DNA of 50,132 nt, the filler included, from Bipalium vagum (taxonomy: Eukaryota): NCBI GenBank assembly GCA_037834085.1. It is 2 parts of 2 records of this genome, joined end to end, with 100 filler letters (N's around TTAATTAATTAA, not from the genome) between each part and the next. Parts side by side here need not be neighbours in the genome. Positions count along the whole stretch, not along the records: positions 29,620 to 50,132 come from JBBMKC010251342.1; 1 more part is not named here. One strand, 5' to 3'. Position 1 is the first letter of the stretch, and each line of letters starts with the position of its first letter. Shown here one piece after another: positions 39,400 to 50,132 of the stretch. Below the pieces are notes generated by a model. The model was not told the origin of the DNA. It saw nothing but the letters and a program-made list of their open reading frames with translations, and searched no databases. Position numbers and translations under genes: made by a program.

Positions 39400-39981
39400 A
39401 ATTACATCTTGGATCCTCATACATTAGCAGCAATTCTTTCTTCAATACTTCCTGGTAGGCATCAGACTTCATCCGATCCAGACACTTTATGAGAACTCTT
39501 GTGCCATCTTCTTGGATTGCGCTTCAAACCATCAAACTTTTCCCTCCAAATTTAACATTTTTATTGGTATATTTTTTATTACACCTGGATCCTTGCGGTC
39601 TGCGGACGTATTCTCTTCTTCTAGAGAACAGTTAAATTCGGCTTTCATCAGAAAAATCACCTCATTCCATAAAGAAGGAAGCAGCTTGCTATAATCTCTG
39701 CACCACTTTAAGCGATCCTTCATATGTCGCTCACTTAAATATGGTTTCTTCGCTGCAATTCGTCCGAACATGCCATATTTTCTCAGAATGCGCTTCAGTG
39801 TACTAAAATGCATTTTAATAATTATGAAACAGTTATTTGTAATAATTTTTAATGAAATATAAAGCTAACATTAGCATGTATCTAAATTAAAGTAGTTCAA
39901 ATCATAAAATTTCTAATTTAAACCATAATCTATTATTATGTCATTTCTTAAATGGTGGTTCAAAAAATATGGACGACACTG
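39400..39981 (-). mobile_element. Tc1-like element remnant with left TIR
   Basis: STLKRILRKYGMFGRIAAKKPYLS..HMKDRLKWC...WNEVIF(SDE); terminus TA|CAGTGTCGTCC on the minus strand at 39981. Confidence 0.85.
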
Positions 39982-39994
39982 TATATTTTTCTGT

Positions 39995-40900
39995 ATATTT
40001 ATTATGGGCTTTAACATATCGTTGAAATAATATATTGTAGAAATCCCACCTCTAATTCCTTTTTTAAATGTTCAAACATATTTTGATCAGAAATTAAATC
40101 TAATTCTATTTTTGTTTTTAATAATCCTAATGCCATGTTAAGGCAGTAGTTGAAACAAAATTACTAGGATCTAAAAAAATAGATTTTAAAATTTTTTAAA
40201 AATGTCTGTTAATAATAGTACATCTTGCTTAAAATAGAAAATTGTATAATCCAAAGGATTTGTAAAATAATTTGAATAAACTGTTTTATATCTTTCAAAT
40301 TCTTCATTTGAAATATTTGATTTATTTAATATAGAATAAAATGATTCTTCTGGTAATAGTTCTGTTCTATTAAATTTATCAAAATCTGTGAAATATTCAT
40401 ATGGATAAATTTCTTTTCCTTGTAATAAGGTTGAAGTTTGAAATGTTATTAGATTCAAATATCCGTCGATCAATTAAAAAAACTACAAAATTCTTCTAAG
40501 TTACATTTATCTTTTCTATCTAATGCCGTTGATGCTCATTCTAAGGAACATAAAGGAAATCTATAAGAATCTACAAATTTAATACTTTTCTTAAAAGAGA
40601 AAATTATATAATTTTCACCAGCTTGCTGACTTAATTCAATAAAATCCTTTAAATTTTTATTATCTTCATCTAAATTAACTTCGTTTGCTAAATCTATTAT
40701 TGTTAGATGAAAATCATATTCAGATCCATTGTGAAAAAATATCGTAACAAAATTGGAATAAAAAATTGAATATTACATGTTTTATTGCAACTCCTCTATA
40801 ATTTCCATTGTAATAATCATGATTAATTACTTTTTCTTCATTAGTAATTATTTTTTGACAGAAGTAACAAATATTGTTTTCATTGTGTATCATTATTTGA
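39995..40900 (-). mobile_element. Polinton/Maverick-type protein-primed DNA polymerase B remnant
   Basis: CYFCQK...KVINHDYYNGNYRGVA (EndoVII-like), FHNGS.YDFHL, KFVDSYRF, KEIYPYEYFTDFDKF.RTELLP.E.FYS.L, Y.KQDVLLL.DIF..F, KIELDLISD, GIRGGIS. Confidence 0.85.
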
Positions 40901-43144
40901 ATAAAAGGGCTACAATAAAACTTTATTCTTTCAATCACAAATACAAAAATAATCACACAGTAGCACCAAGTGAAATGTCTCAAATAATCAGAATCAACAG
41001 TACTGAAAACAAAACAATCAAATCGAATAATCAAAATATTTAAATCAGTAAAATTTCAATACTTAACAAAATAATTAATACTTAATAAGATCAATGTTAC
41101 TTATTAAAAAGGTAGAATAAAACAATTCAATATAGATCTCATCGATCCAGTAGATGATGGATCCAATAGTAGTTTACAGAACCCAATAGTAGTAAGATAT
41201 GACGTTAAAAAAGCGTTGGAGACGATCAGAGTAGACCGCATTTGAATCAGAGGCTAGTGGTGACACTACCCCTAGTCAAGACGGATAGACTCATAGATCC
41301 TAGAATGGATGGAGCAGTGTCGTTGAATATGTTGGTCCAGTATTATGCCAACTAGAAGATGGTAGATAAAAGAGGGTTCTTTGCACTACAGCGAGACATA
41401 TCATTTATGCTGAAAGTGTGGATAGTAGTCAATGATTTAAAGAAAGGATTAGTAGGTATAGGAAAAGAAGTTCAGAAACAGAAGAACTAACCACCTGAGC
41501 AAGTGAACAGTAAACTTATGAAACTAAGGTTGGGACCTGAGGAGAAGGCAACCACAAGCAAGGTAGTTTCCGAACCAATAATAGAGAGAATACAGGAAGA
41601 AGTAAAAATCCAAGAAGAATTGGTCCAATGAAATGGATGTAGAAAAAGAAGAATTCGATGATGAAGAGTCGAAGAGATTAGCAGGTCAGTTTAAGAAGTA
41701 TGGAGAAATATACAAGTCTCCGCTTCTCAATTTGGACTACAACGATAATGAGTTCGAACCAATGATGCAGAGAGAGGAACACGAGAGAAGACGGTAGAAC
41801 AAACATAAGAAATAAGAGGAGATGAAGGCCGTGGCAACTGATATTCCAAAAAAGATTAGCCTTCAAAGTCCAGCCAACAATCAGACAAAAAGAAGAAAAG
41901 TTAGAACTCAAACTCCAACGATGACGAGGATGTAATAAAATTTTCAGAAAGCGTAGATCTGAATGGAGACTCGTCAGATGAAGAGAATGTAGTAGAAGAA
42001 ACAAAGAAGGTGATTTTGACTATATCTCATAAATCGTTTTAATTACTTATCCGTTTGATATCAAGAAAATTTACTATTATATATATTTTGACATTGATTA
42101 GTGGGTTGTGGTTTTTAGAAGGATTATTTGGTAGATTTGAATTCAAGTGGGATTCAATTAGGGTGCGGATAAATTTTCATTGTGGGGGTTTTGATTCAAA
42201 CTGTACTTTAATTTGTGCAGCTACAACAGTAAGACGAACACAACATCGAATAGTAAGGAGCTATTTATGTATAATTGTTAATGTATAATAGTAACACAAT
42301 ACAATAACCAGACTATTCCATGAATCAGTGGAAGTACTAGGAAATGATTTCGACAAAGATTATTAATTAATAATAGTGAAGAAGTAATCATCACTTATAA
42401 ATAGTAAGTTTCAATCGTAATCTTCAACGAAGGAGACATTAAAGATAATATATTTTTAATTTTTTTTGAACTAGAATTCGTTTTATTAATGAAAATGAAG
42501 ATCGAACTTATCTATTTCCTTTGATTAATGTATTAATGTTCAGTTTCCTTTATAATGTCAAACCTTTGAAAATTTTTCTAAGGATCTCATAGTTGAATAG
42601 ACATGATTTTAAGTATTGTTTATTCATATTGATTTGTTTGTTAAAAACATTTGATAAAATTTTATTTTATACTTATTGATTACAATTTTTAAAATCAATT
42701 TATTTTTAAAATTATAATTTTTATGCTGAATTGTCTCAAAACTGAGTCGTCATTAAATTATTCATTCTCACAAAAATGATAATTGCTTCATATTTTTTTG
42801 TTCTTTATTCTTTAGGGCATGATCTCCGTTGCAATACCTTTTCTTTTCTGATCTGAGTTTTCTGTAATCTCCAGCATTGGTTAATAAAGAATAATTACAA
42901 GTTTTAATTTTCTAATTTTCCCGGATATGTCTAAAAATAGAATTTATTTATTGTAATTGATGAGAGACAGCACACTTTCATTAATAAATTCAACTAATTA
43001 AACTGGTCAAAAAGTAGGTCATAAATAGTGCATTTTAGTCACCATCTTTTTCCATTGTCATTTTTGATTGTTTATATTGAATATATAATCAACAGTGTTT
43101 TGTAAATTTAATTTTTAACATTTTGAAATTGTTCACTGTTGAAA

Positions 43145-43223
43145 ATGTGTGATGAAAAAAAATGGAAGATTCAAGAAAATATTTTAACATCTAACCAAAA
43201 CAACATTATAAGTTGCTTTGAAA
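43145..43223 (+). CDS. Candidate first exon of a putative micro-exon gene
   Basis: aaaATG with an in-frame stop upstream (43124); MCDEKKWKIQENILTSNQNNIISCFE; donor A|GTAAGT at 43224, phase 1. Confidence 0.35.
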
Positions 43224-43389
43224 GTAAGTTATTGATTTCTTCTAATAAAACAAATTATCAGCAATGTTTTAAGAATATAGGACATTCGTCAGTCGTAATC
43301 AAAATTTTCGAGAACAGTTTTTCAATATTTTGAAGAATGAAATCAGTATCAAAATTCGTAATTAATCACTTAAATAAAAATATTTTTAG

Positions 43390-43443
43390 TGAAATCTACT
43401 GATTATTTTGAAAAAATTTCTCTGGTTAATGATATTCAAGAAG
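43390..43443 (+). CDS. Candidate 54-nt symmetric exon
   Basis: tttttAG|...AAG|GTAACT; open in phase 1 (KSTDYFEKISLVNDIQE). Confidence 0.35.
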
Positions 43444-44105
43444 GTAACTTATTAAGATTTTTTTTTTGTTACCTATAACTAAAATATTTTACTACTTAAT
43501 TTAATTTACATGAAAGCCTGATTATCTGACTTAGAAAGAACTGGTGGGTTTTTCCGATGGACTTTCTGAAATGATTTAAATTCAGCATCTATTATTTTTC
43601 TTTTGTTTCCACATTAAGGTGTTTTAAGACGATTCATATTTATTGTAAATAGGAATTTCCAAGCATGGCTTGAAAATTTTAGAAAATAAAAAGTATAGTA
43701 TGTATTTCCCCCAAGCTATCAAATTTTCCACTATAACGTTTTTTAGGGAATCATCTGGGGAATCTAAATATCAGACTATTTTAAAAATTAATTTATTTAA
43801 TAAAAAGTTATGTCAAATACAAAATTATAAAAAATTTTCAAAAAATTAAAGTTTCTAAGGAAACCTAATAAAATGAATTATTTAAACATGAATTATTTAA
43901 ACAAACCTTTAATATTTTTTACCTTAACAAACCTTAATACAACCTAATTTTCAATACGTTAAATTAATATTTCAAATAAATTTTAATTAAATAAAATACT
44001 TAATATATTAATGTACTTAATACTTAAATATAATACTTAAATACATCATCTTTACACAGAACATCCAAACAAATGTATTTAAGCAGTAAATTATAAGACA
44101 TTTTA

Positions 44106-45529
44106 CATTCAAACCTGTATATTTTGTCACCTTTATAATTTGCCACCCTCTCTAATTTATAACGAGAAGATTATGAAAGAAAAGGCTTTATATATAGCTA
44201 AGACATGTGGTTTAACTACCTTCAAGGCGTCAAAGCTTCAAATCTATGTATGGAATTAATTTTAAGACTTTATCAGGCGAGGCATCGAACAAATCTTTTA
44301 AAGATTATGAAGACTATTACAATTTGATCCTTAAAAAGATTAATATGTATGATCCTGATTCCATATTTAATTGTGACGAAAGTGCTCTTTTTTTTAAACT
44401 ATCTCCTTCCAAAAGTCTTATGTCGAAAACTAGAAAAGGAATCAAGACATTCAAGAATAGAGTAACAGTATTGTTATGCACAAACATGACAGGATCTATC
44501 AAAATGAAGCCATTAGTTATCGGAAAATTCAAAATTCCAAGGTCATTAAAACACTAACCAGTCTGAAATCTGTGATTATTATTTTAATAAATCAACATGG
44601 TGAAAACAATTATTTTTAATGAATGGTTGATAAAATTTGATGGCAGACAGAGAAATAAAAATCAAAAAATACTTCTTATATTAAACAATTGACCGGCTCA
44701 TCGTGTCTGTGTTCAAACTAATTTTATTGAAATACATTTTCTACCAATAAATTCGATTACTATTACTCAGCCTCCTGATGGCGGTATTATCAGGTTTTAA
44801 AACCAAATATTTTCATTTTTTGGTTTCTAATGCTTTTTATAAAATAGATAAAGGCATATATGCAGAACTTGCATTCAAAGAGTTTACAATCAAAGATGCT
44901 GTTCTTTATTATTTGGTCTTGGAATACAGTGAAATCAGAAACAATTTCAAATTGTTGGAAACATGCAGGATATTATTTGGATAGTCCACTTCAAGAAGAA
45001 AATTTCTCAATTCAGGTAGATTTTTGAAAATACAAGAAGCTATTAATATATTGAATATTCTTGATGCAGTGGGACCTAATCAATTTATTGATGAATTCAT
45101 TAAGGAAAATGAAATTTTATTAGCTTTAACTGACACAAATAATAAAGATTTTTTAGAGGTTGATGATGAAATTCTTGAAATTAAAGATCAAAGTTAAGAA
45201 GATACTGAGCAGCAAGTATATACAATTAACTTTGAACTTGAACATTTTAATAATTTGAAAATTTCATAACTAATGATGAAACAGCTAACATGAGTGCTTT
45301 AAACGCTCTTTCAGAATTCGAAATCTGGCTCCGAAAGAAAATATTAAAAATACTAAATGTAAAAAAAGAATCAATGAAAATAAAATTTTGTTTAGTATTT
45401 TTTTAAAAATTTCCACGATTTATTTTTAATGATTTCGATTTTTTTATTTACCTCTATAATTGGCCACCCTTTATAAATTGCCAATCTTTGAAATTTGTGT
45501 CCCATAGTTTAATAATAGAGGGTTGACTG
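44106..45529 (+). mobile_element. Tigger/pogo element, internally deleted, with TIRs
   Basis: FKAS, LSGEA, IFNCDESALFFKLSP, NRVTVLLCTNMTGSIKMKPLVIGK..PRSLK, FLP.NS..TQP.D; ends TA|CATTCAAACC... and ...GAGGGTTGACTG|TA; subterminal TATAATT(T/G)GCCACCCT repeats. Confidence 0.9.
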
Positions 45530-46959
45530 TATAAAAAATTATTATTCATATCTGCTCCACTAAAGTTTCAAATAGCGATATTTGAATTCTTATTTCCAAT
45601 ATATTCTGAAATATATAAATAAAGATGTAGTGGATGAGTACCATATCTTCGTTGATGTTAATTTTTTAGGATTTCATTTTAATTTTACAAAAAAGTTTTA
45701 TTCAAAATAATATCCTAATTTCATTTGCTTTTGCAAATCATTTTTGGATTATATATAAGTATGAAGGATTTCATTATTATTATTAATCTTTGTACTTTTA
45801 ATTATAATTATATTATTATAGACCTTTAGTGGTCTTATAATTTGAAGGGTTGAAATGATGTGCCTTTGGCCAACCCAGCACTTCTTAAAATAATTTTAAA
45901 ATCAAATTTGATGTAATTTTTAAAATATTTTTATCGTTTTAAAAATTTTTTTACAAAGAAAGTTTATTGTCCACATATACATTCATTATCTCTAAAATAT
46001 TTTAATTATGAAAAGATATTACATAACTCATTTTCCTAAATTCAAAAGTACAAATTCGATTTTTGATTGAGGCAACAAAAAATTTACTTGAACTTTAAAA
46101 TAACAAAAAAAATGCTAATCAAAGTTTAAAAAATCTTCATATCACTAAATATAAAATTATCAAGTATTTCTTGATTTTATTTTAATCTTGTAAGAAAATA
46201 TAACGATTTAGTTTATTTAAACAAAATTTGGTCGCTAGGTACAAACAGACTGCAATAGTTCCAAAGTAATAAGGGTTTTTTAAAAAATAAAAAATTTTAA
46301 TAAATAAATATATTTGTACCATAAAAATCTAAAAAATTAAATATATTAAAAATATATTCATATTTAAAACCACAATTCTCTAAGAATCTCTATGTTTCTA
46401 TATAACTTACTTTTATATAAATGTTTATTGACTTAAAATTTAGTTTTAATAAAAGGTACCCAAATAAATACAGTTAACATTTCTTTAACATACCTATATT
46501 CTTGAAATAAAAACCTAACAAGTTATTTCTCAGGTCTGTGCCATCAAAGTAACTGTTGGTACCAATGTGATAATGGTAACATTATTTTTTTTTAATATAA
46601 TTCACTTAATTTGATTAATGCGATTGGAAATCAGTTTTTTTATTAAAATTGTAATTCATTTTATTTTTGTTACTCTAAAATATAAAAAATTAAATAATAT
46701 TAATTATCAAATTTAATGAAATGAATTAAATAAAATAATTATTTCGTCCTCTTTAATTTATTTTTATTTTCATTTTTAATTTTATTTCTTTCACCATCTT
46801 AGTTTATGTTTTCGATAATAATACAAAATTTTTTATGTTTCCTAATTACACAATATAATGATTTTTGTTATTCAGTACCTCAGAACTCGAACAATACTGA
46901 TCTAGATGGTTATTTCTATTATTATTATAATTATTATATAAAATAAAGTTTTAAAATGA

Positions 46960-47432
46960 TCGCTGATGAGTATCCTGGGCTTTTAAAATTTTGGACCATT
47001 TGAATTTTTTAATGGAACACTTTTAAATCCAATTGCAAAATTTTCTGAACTGATGTTCTCAATATGCCTATCTGAGAAGAGCGACGACAAGTAGATCCTG
47101 AAGCACATTCTACTGTACATTGCACGGTTGCGTCATTATGCACAGTCCGACAAGGACCTCTTCCGGGATAATCTGTGACTGATCCAGTATTTTCAAAAAG
47201 AGTAATTAGGTTCCGAATTATGTTTGTGGTATTGGATTTTTTACATATATCCGAATCTTTGTGCTAAAATAGTAGACTTATCATTCAAATAGAATAACTG
47301 TATTAGTTTTACTCGACGTTGAATATCATTTCTTATACTCATTTAAATCTGCAAAGGATGTCTAATATTATCTAAAAAAAATTTAAAACATCATTATGAT
47401 TTAAATAGATCAGTCTTTTAATGGCCACCCCG
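46960..47432 (-). mobile_element. Tc1/mariner (rosa/DD41D-like) 5' remnant
   Basis: RVKLIQLFYLN, FENTGSVTD, RRSSQIGI..SVQKILQLDLK; terminus TA|CGGGGTGGCCA on the minus strand. Confidence 0.6.
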
Positions 47433-47479
47433 TATATCTTATCTCAATATTTTCATTTTACCACATCGTTTTCTATCTA

Positions 47480-47710
47480 TAATCATGAATACATCTTTTT
47501 CATACCTTTTTATGATGGACAATGCTGTAGTTTTATTACTTTAACGCCTGACTTGATCTCTTATTTCCTGTATATCAAAGCTAAACTGTGATTTGTCGCT
47601 AAAAAACACCTGCCAACTTTCATTAAACCAATGACGTCTTTCATTGCACCAAATTAACCGGTTAGAACGATTTAGTTCAGTCAATTGAATTTTGATATTT
47701 ATTTTATGAA
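47480..47710 (-). mobile_element. Tc1-like fragment
   Basis: NRSNRLIWCNERRHWFNESWQVFFSDKSQF...QVRR. Confidence 0.65.
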
Positions 47711-47804
47711 AGATAAGAATTGGGGAACAGATTAATACTTTACTTTATATTGAACTTTTATTTAAAAATGAAAATTACATTTAAAATATACTTAAAATTT
47801 TTAG

Positions 47805-47837
47805 ATGATATTTTTTTCGGTGAAAACCTTGTCCCTA
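47805..47837 (+). CDS. Candidate 33-nt symmetric micro-exon
   Basis: tttttAG|...|GTAAGT; open in phase 1 (DDIFFGENLVP). Confidence 0.35.
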
Positions 47838-48049
47838 GTAAGTTTAATTGATCAATTTATTATTTTTCTAGATATATTTTCTTCATTTTATTTGATCATA
47901 TTCATGTTATATCTTGAATTTTTATTTAAATGGACGAATTTTTAATTTACAATATAAAGTTATTTCTGATATTATAAACCATATAAAGATATTTGTTTAA
48001 TATATGATTAAGGTAAGTACATGACATCGAAAAAATATGACCTCGTATA

Positions 48050-48870
48050 ATAAAGAAGGCTCCAGAGATTGTAAATTCATTAGTCGTAATGATCGGAGGT
48101 AACTGTCAAATGACAATTAAGGAATCCGCAGCGAAAATAAAGAAAAATTTAATAAATTTGCCACAATACCATGAAAAATTGGTTAGATGGCGAACTGATA
48201 TCATTAAAATTAGTTCGTCCTACCGTTCAAAATATGAATATTCACGAAAATAAAGTCAAAAGATTTAAATATTTAAATAATCTCTTAAGAGCCAAATCTA
48301 ACGAAAGGACAATAATTTGGAGACTAATCAAATTTTAATATTTTGTAATCGAAAATAGGGCAGATCAAAATAGGATACCGATCAAGCCTAATTATTGTTT
48401 ATAGCAAACGATGTCTTCATTGTCTTCAACAAAAATTTACAATTTTCAATGTAAACGGGGCTCTTTTAAAGGAGATGATTGCAAATTATGGCTACGACAG
48501 TTAATCAATGAGTGCAACGAAGAAGGAATCAAGACTCAAACAATTGTGATTGACTTTATTTCAATGCACAGTCAATTAGAGACAATTATTGAGATGTTGA
48601 AATTATTCGTTTAGCTCCGTATTCGTACTTAATAAATCCTATTGAGTTAGAATGGAGTTTTTTCAAATTTGTCGTATAGAAAAACTTTTTGACGAAATGC
48701 CTCTTTTTAAGGCATCTAAATAATGATGGATACAACTAAATTTCTAACGAGAGGACAAGAAAGAATCACAAATGTTACCAAAAAAACCTTGACAACTAAA
48801 AAAATTTTTGGTTTTCAAACCATGTGGACATGTTTATTCTACCGTTATCCAAATGAAAGATCTATTTGAA
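48050..48870 (+). mobile_element. IS630/Tc1-superfamily transposase remnant
   Basis: ISLKLVRP..NMNIHENKVKRFKY, GSFKGDDCKLWL, IVIDFISMHS, RLAPYSYLINPIELEWSFFK. Confidence 0.75.
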
Positions 48871-48945
48871 GATCTCGAATACTCTTTGATATTACTGTTT
48901 CTCAATTGTATATATCAAATGTAACTCGTTCTATATTTTTTTCAG

Positions 48946-48963
48946 GATCCTCCACGAGAAAAG
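48946..48963 (+). CDS. Candidate 18-nt symmetric micro-exon
   Basis: ttctatatttttttcAG|GATCCTCCACGAGAAAAG|GTAAGT; consensus-perfect splice sites. Confidence 0.5.
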
Positions 48964-49269
48964 GTAAGTTGTATTTTCTAACAAACATTTAATGCAAAAG
49001 GTAGTATTTATTTATTTTGATATGTTAACAATTTTTGTTTGAGAATGTTCCAAATTATGAAAATTTTATAAATTACCTTAATTGGTTTCGTGCCTAAGTT
49101 TTTTAAAAATGTAATTAAAACTTAAGAATTTTCTCTTGTTTTTTGCTATAAGCTGCGGCCTATTAGAACAAATTTAATTCATTCGTATAAAAAATAATAA
49201 TATTAATATTTCCTTTTAAACGATAATTTATTAACAATCATCACACAATTTTATAAAATGCTCATTCTC

Positions 49270-49950
49270 TCATCAGCAAAAAATCTTCATCTACTAAACG
49301 AATATCTATATCAGGAGAATATTCAGAATCATTTGAAAAAATCTCACTCTTCATCATCGATGTGTATTGTTCTAAATCCACTTTTTACAATATGTATTGC
49401 AATGCTATTCCATACTTCCAATACACACTTGATTATCTTTCCATATGATAATCTTTTCATTACCCAAATATTGATGTAACCTTTTTAACAGGTAAGCAAT
49501 CCACATTTCCCTCAATTTCCTTAAATTATTAAGAAATTTAAAAGACTTATTAACTGGTTTGTCAGGTGGCTGTAATTAAGAAGTTAACCCTCCATGCACT
49601 TTTTGCAAGAACTGTTAAATAGGCTTTTGGTTAAATCAGTTATATGGCTCGGAGCTGTATGTAATATGAGAAAAGAGCTTTTTAATTTTAAAAAAATTGG
49701 TCTTCGATTACATATTTTGGAAATTAGTCTCATCTCAGCTGCTGACATTCAACCTTTATCATTTGCAGATATTTTCCATTTTGAAAGTTTCCTTTTGGAA
49801 TAACTTTTCCTTTAAAAGTTATTGGTAATGCAACAGTACAATTATATTTTTCATGATCTGTGGTAGTGATCTTAATTTAACGTTCAAATAGTAAATTTTC
49901 TGGGAAGGCCAAAGATAACTGAAAATTAATCTCTATTTCCTATGTGATTA
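49270..49950 (-). mobile_element. pogo-family DDE transposase remnant
   Basis: GGLTS.LQPPDKPVNKSFK...LREMWIAYL, then CVLEVWNSI...VKSGF. Confidence 0.65.
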
Positions 49951-50054
49951 GCGTCTAATCAAATTTTCTGTTCCTCAACATAATTTTTGAAATTATCTAC
50001 TAAATGTTGACTCACTGAGGTTATTGCACGACTTTGTTTTCATAAGTTTATCTA

Positions 50055-50132
50055 TAGTCAAACCCGCTTAATATCACATTGCTTTTTGAACACAATTCCA
50101 ATGATATAAACCGTTGTTGATATTAGACGGAG
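50055..50132 (+). mobile_element. Probable 5' TIR of a pogo/Tigger-type element running off the window
   Basis: TA|TAGTCAAACCCGCTTAAT resembles the CAGTC(A)AAC.C terminus seen at 45529. Confidence 0.35.

Noticed and set aside
41100-42350. Purine-rich gag-like decayed coding region
   Set aside because: Probably retroelement-derived, but I could not identify a diagnostic motif.
49481-49497. ttttaacAG|GTAAGC recursive-splice-like site
   Set aside because: It lies antisense within a pogo transposase remnant; probably chance.

Overview
Very AT-rich eukaryotic genomic DNA with ~50-nt mini-introns, multi-kb introns and dense decayed transposons; this style suggests an invertebrate, probably a flatworm/planarian (inference). 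It is not prokaryotic, and I see no rRNA, tRNA or CRISPR. The window is two contigs joined by an artificial 100-nt spacer (44 N + TTAATTAATTAA + 44 N, 29520-29619). The left contig holds the 3' end of a Penelope-like retroelement (GIY-YIG remnant) followed by a degenerate minimal hammerhead ribozyme. It also holds the last four coding exons of a protocadherin-like gene (cadherin repeat, TM helix, tail ending SSFV*), one of which (15671-15800) the ORF track misses. A ~280-nt GC-rich run of six hairpins sits in one of its introns, among many mariner/Tc1/maT/Merlin/RTE remnants. The right contig holds pogo/Tigger, Ty3/Gypsy, Tc1 and Polinton-type polymerase remnants. It also holds a candidate orphan gene built from symmetric phase-1 micro-exons (43145-49166). 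All transposon ORFs are degenerate and their boundaries are approximate unless TIRs are cited.
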